In this document: positions 17,269 to 19,089 of the stretch, piece after piece
Position numbering within the stretch: the first letter of the stretch is position 1
Layout: each line of letters starts with the position of its first letter
NCBI GenBank assembly: GCA_965648905.1
Contig: CBFGIT010000044.1
Coordinates: forward strand, 1-19,089
Direction: 5' to 3'
Length of the DNA: 19,089 nucleotides
DNA from: a candidate division WOR-3 bacterium
GTDB taxonomy: Bacteria > Hydrothermota > Tepidihabitantia > Tepidihabitantales > Tepidihabitantaceae
Notes under the pieces: generated by a model
What the model saw: the letters and a program-made list of their open reading frames with translations, nothing else
Database searches by the model: none
Told to the model about the DNA's origin: nothing
Program-made: the position numbers and the translations under genes

Positions 17269-18615
17269 CTACTTCTTCTTGTCGTTGGGTCTGCGGCCGC
17301 GCTTGCGCAGCTCGCCTTCAAACCCACGGTCGGTCGGGACGTAGTACCTGCGCCCTTTGAGCGACGGCGGGAAGTGCTCTTGGTCCACCTGGGCGTCCGG
17401 GAAATCGTGGGCATACTTGTAGCCCTTGCCGTAGTCCAGTGCCTTCATCAGGGCAGTGGGCGCGTTGCGCAGGTGGAGCGGTACGGGCTCAGTTCCGCTC
17501 TTGAGCGCGTCCTCTTTGGCCTTCTCGTATGCAGCATAGACCGCGTTTGACTTCGGCGCAAGGGCAAGGTACACCACGGCCTGGGCCAGCGCGGTGTTGC
17601 CTTCTGGCATGCCGATGAAGTGGACCGCGTCTTTGGCTGCGTTGGCAACCACAAGCGCATTGGGATTGGCCATGCCAATATCTTCGGACGCAAAGCGTAC
17701 AAGTCGGCGGGCGATGTAGAGCGGGTCTTCGCCCGCCTCAAGCATCCGCGCAAGCCAGTAAAGCGCCGCGTCCGGGTCTGAGTCGCGCAGACACTTGTGC
17801 AGGGCGGAAATCAGGTTGTAGTGCTCCTCACCGGCCTTGTCGTAGAGCAGGAACTTGCGCTGGACCACGTCCTCTGCAAGCTGCAGGTCTACCGCTCTTG
17901 TGCCGGCCTGGCCTGGCTCAGCGGCAAGCACGGTTAGTTCGAGCGCAGTCAAGGCAGCTCGTGCGTCACCCTGCGAGACAACAACAAGGTAGTCGAGCAC
18001 GTCAGGCGCGACCACGGGCCTGAACGATGCCAGGCCTTGCTTAGACTCAAGCGCACGGGCCATCAGCCGCTTGATGTCGTCCGGCTCCAGTCCCTTCAGC
18101 ACGTAGACCCGGCAGCGCGAGAGCAGCGGCGCGATTACCTCGAACGAGGGGTTCTCGGTCGTTGCGCCGATCAGTACAATACGACCAGATTCGACGTGAG
18201 GAAGAAACGCATCCTGTTGAGCCTTGTTGAACCGGTGAATCTCATCGACAAACAGGATGGTCTTGCGGTTGTGCATCGTGCGTTCAAATTCCGCCCGCTT
18301 GACCACCTCGCGGATATCGGCCACTCCGGACATGACCGCGGAGAACTGGACAAACCTGGCTTTGGTGTACTGGGCAATGACAAGAGCTAAGGTAGTCTTG
18401 CCTGAGCCGGGCGGGCCCCACAGAATCATCGAGTGGAGCTCGCCCCGCTCAATCATGCGGCGCAGCGGCTTGTCCTTGCCGAGCAGGTGACCTTGGCCGA
18501 CGATTTCGTCAAGTGACGACGGCCGCATCCGCTCTGCCAGAGGACTGGCAGTGTTCCATTCTGCCAGAGGCGCCTCACCCGGAGTCGGCCGGGGTCGAAC
18601 TGTCTTCTTGGCCAC
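17269..18615 (-). CDS. rarA: Replication-associated recombination protein A (RarA/MgsA AAA+ ATPase)
   Basis: PLAERMRP..L.E.VGQ.HL, WGPPGSGKTT, FVDEIHRFNKAQQDAFLP, GATTENPSF, YDK.GEEHYNLISALHK, SEDIG.A, VPLHLRNAPT. Confidence 0.97.
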   Translation of the reverse strand: MAKKTVRPRPTPGEAPLAEWNTASPLAERMRPSSLDEIVGQGHLLGKDKPLRRMIERGELHSMILWGPPGSGKTTLALVIAQYTKARFVQFSAVMSGVADIREVVKRAEFERTMHNRKTILFVDEIHRFNKAQQDAFLPHVESGRIVLIGATTENPSFEVIAPLLSRCRVYVLKGLEPDDIKRLMARALESKQGLASFRPVVAPDVLDYLVVVSQGDARAALTALELTVLAAEPGQAGTRAVDLQLAEDVVQRKFLLYDKAGEEHYNLISALHKCLRDSDPDAALYWLARMLEAGEDPLYIARRLVRFASEDIGMANPNALVVANAAKDAVHFIGMPEGNTALAQAVVYLALAPKSNAVYAAYEKAKEDALKSGTEPVPLHLRNAPTALMKALDYGKGYKYAHDFPDAQVDQEHFPPSLKGRRYYVPTDRGFEGELRKRGRRPNDKKK

Positions 18616-18620
18616 GGGTC

Positions 18621-18649
18621 AATCTAGCGCCGCTGTGCGTGAGAGTCAA
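18621..18649 (-). promoter_or_regulatory. rarA promoter (leaderless type)
   Basis: TTGACT (18649-18644), 17 bp, TAGATT (18626-18621), GTG start 5 nt later. Confidence 0.65.
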
Positions 18650-18674
18650 GTGGTCTCACAGGAGTGGAACAGAC

Positions 18675-18808
18675 GAGGACCCGGGTTTGAACCCGGGTCC
18701 TCACACAAGAGCCGCCTCTCTAAGTGGCCTTGGTTCCGCTCAAGAGAGATACGGACGCCAGCGTAACTGGTCGTCCGTCAAATGCCGCCTGGAATCCTCC
18801 ATCGAGGA
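18675..18808 (-). ncRNA. Candidate structured ncRNA of about 135 nt, family unassigned (6S-like possible)
   Basis: Directly downstream of a near-consensus promoter; four consecutive hairpins ending in a perfect 12-bp stem (18675-18702); no long ORF. Confidence 0.45.
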
Positions 18809-18813
18809 CGGAT

Positions 18814-18841
18814 ATTATACCGGCCCGGGCAGCAGAGTCAA
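18814..18841 (-). promoter_or_regulatory. Strong sigma70-type promoter for the candidate ncRNA
   Basis: TTGACT (18841-18836), 16 bp, TATAAT (18819-18814). Confidence 0.75.
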
Positions 18842-18924
18842 TTTCGGCGGCCGCCCCTAGTTCCGACATTGCGGAGTGAATTGGGGTGAAGAAGAGAGGC
18901 TGCCTCGCTTCAGTCACGACTATT

Positions 18925-19060
18925 GGGGACGGTACCCATTTAGGCAGTTGTGTCGTCAACAGCCATCGCCATTCTGCACTCTGCATTCTTAAATCTGACT
19001 TGCCTCAGCATGACCATCCCCTGGCTGGTAAGGGGGACGGTTCCCCTTTCGGAACCCCCT
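18925..19060. repeat. Two short REP-like quasi-palindromes GGGGACGGT(A/T)CCC flanking a short heptamer array
   Basis: GGGGACGGTACCC at 18925-18937 and GGGGACGGTTCCC at 19033-19045; GCCATTCT GCACTCT GCATTCT TAAATCT at about 18968-18996. Confidence 0.55.
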
Positions 19061-19089
19061 GCCCCGACCCCGGCCGAACCCCATTGGGC

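Noticed and set aside
17253..17414. Upstream extension of the DUF3795-like ORF
   Set aside because: It overlaps rarA, and a strong SD precedes ATG 17252.
18675..18702. tRNA, tmRNA or Y-RNA T-arm (GGGTTCAAACCC on the minus strand), or a classical intrinsic terminator
   Set aside because: The pairing register does not give a 5-bp stem with a 7-nt T-loop, there is no cloverleaf or CCA end, and no U-tract follows on either strand.
18720..18986. Minus-strand 88-aa ORF
   Set aside because: It starts in the heptamer array, crosses a consensus promoter and has no recognisable motif.

Overview
High-GC bacterial chromosomal window. The gene repertoire (FG-GAP protein with a FlgD-Ig/T9SS-like C-terminal domain, TonB-dependent receptor, V/A-type ATPase) suggests a diderm of the FCB-related or WOR-3-like kind; this is inference only. 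From left to right: (1) about 600 bp of structured, promoter-dense non-coding DNA; (2) a defence module in which a DpnA/M2.DpnII-like adenine methyltransferase is cut off just after its DPPY motif and runs into a PLD (HKD) nuclease fused to a DpnI-type winged helix, the module being bracketed by a 17-bp direct repeat and followed by a degenerate heptamer array; (3) a signal-peptide-bearing YidD-TPR-membrane fusion and a paralogous partner; (4) a partial Na+-type V/A-ATPase operon (G/H-I-K-E) on the minus strand; (5) an FG-GAP propeller and a TonB-dependent receptor; (6) a ferredoxin/BFD/FAD amino-acid oxidase cluster interrupted by an SppA that has a beta-barrel-like N-terminal domain; (7) a DUF3795-like gene and rarA on the minus strand; (8) a candidate ncRNA with a near-consensus promoter, and short repeats. 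Across the window GATC looks strongly depleted, and several promoters point to leaderless mRNAs. All calls come from reading motifs by eye; no searches were run.
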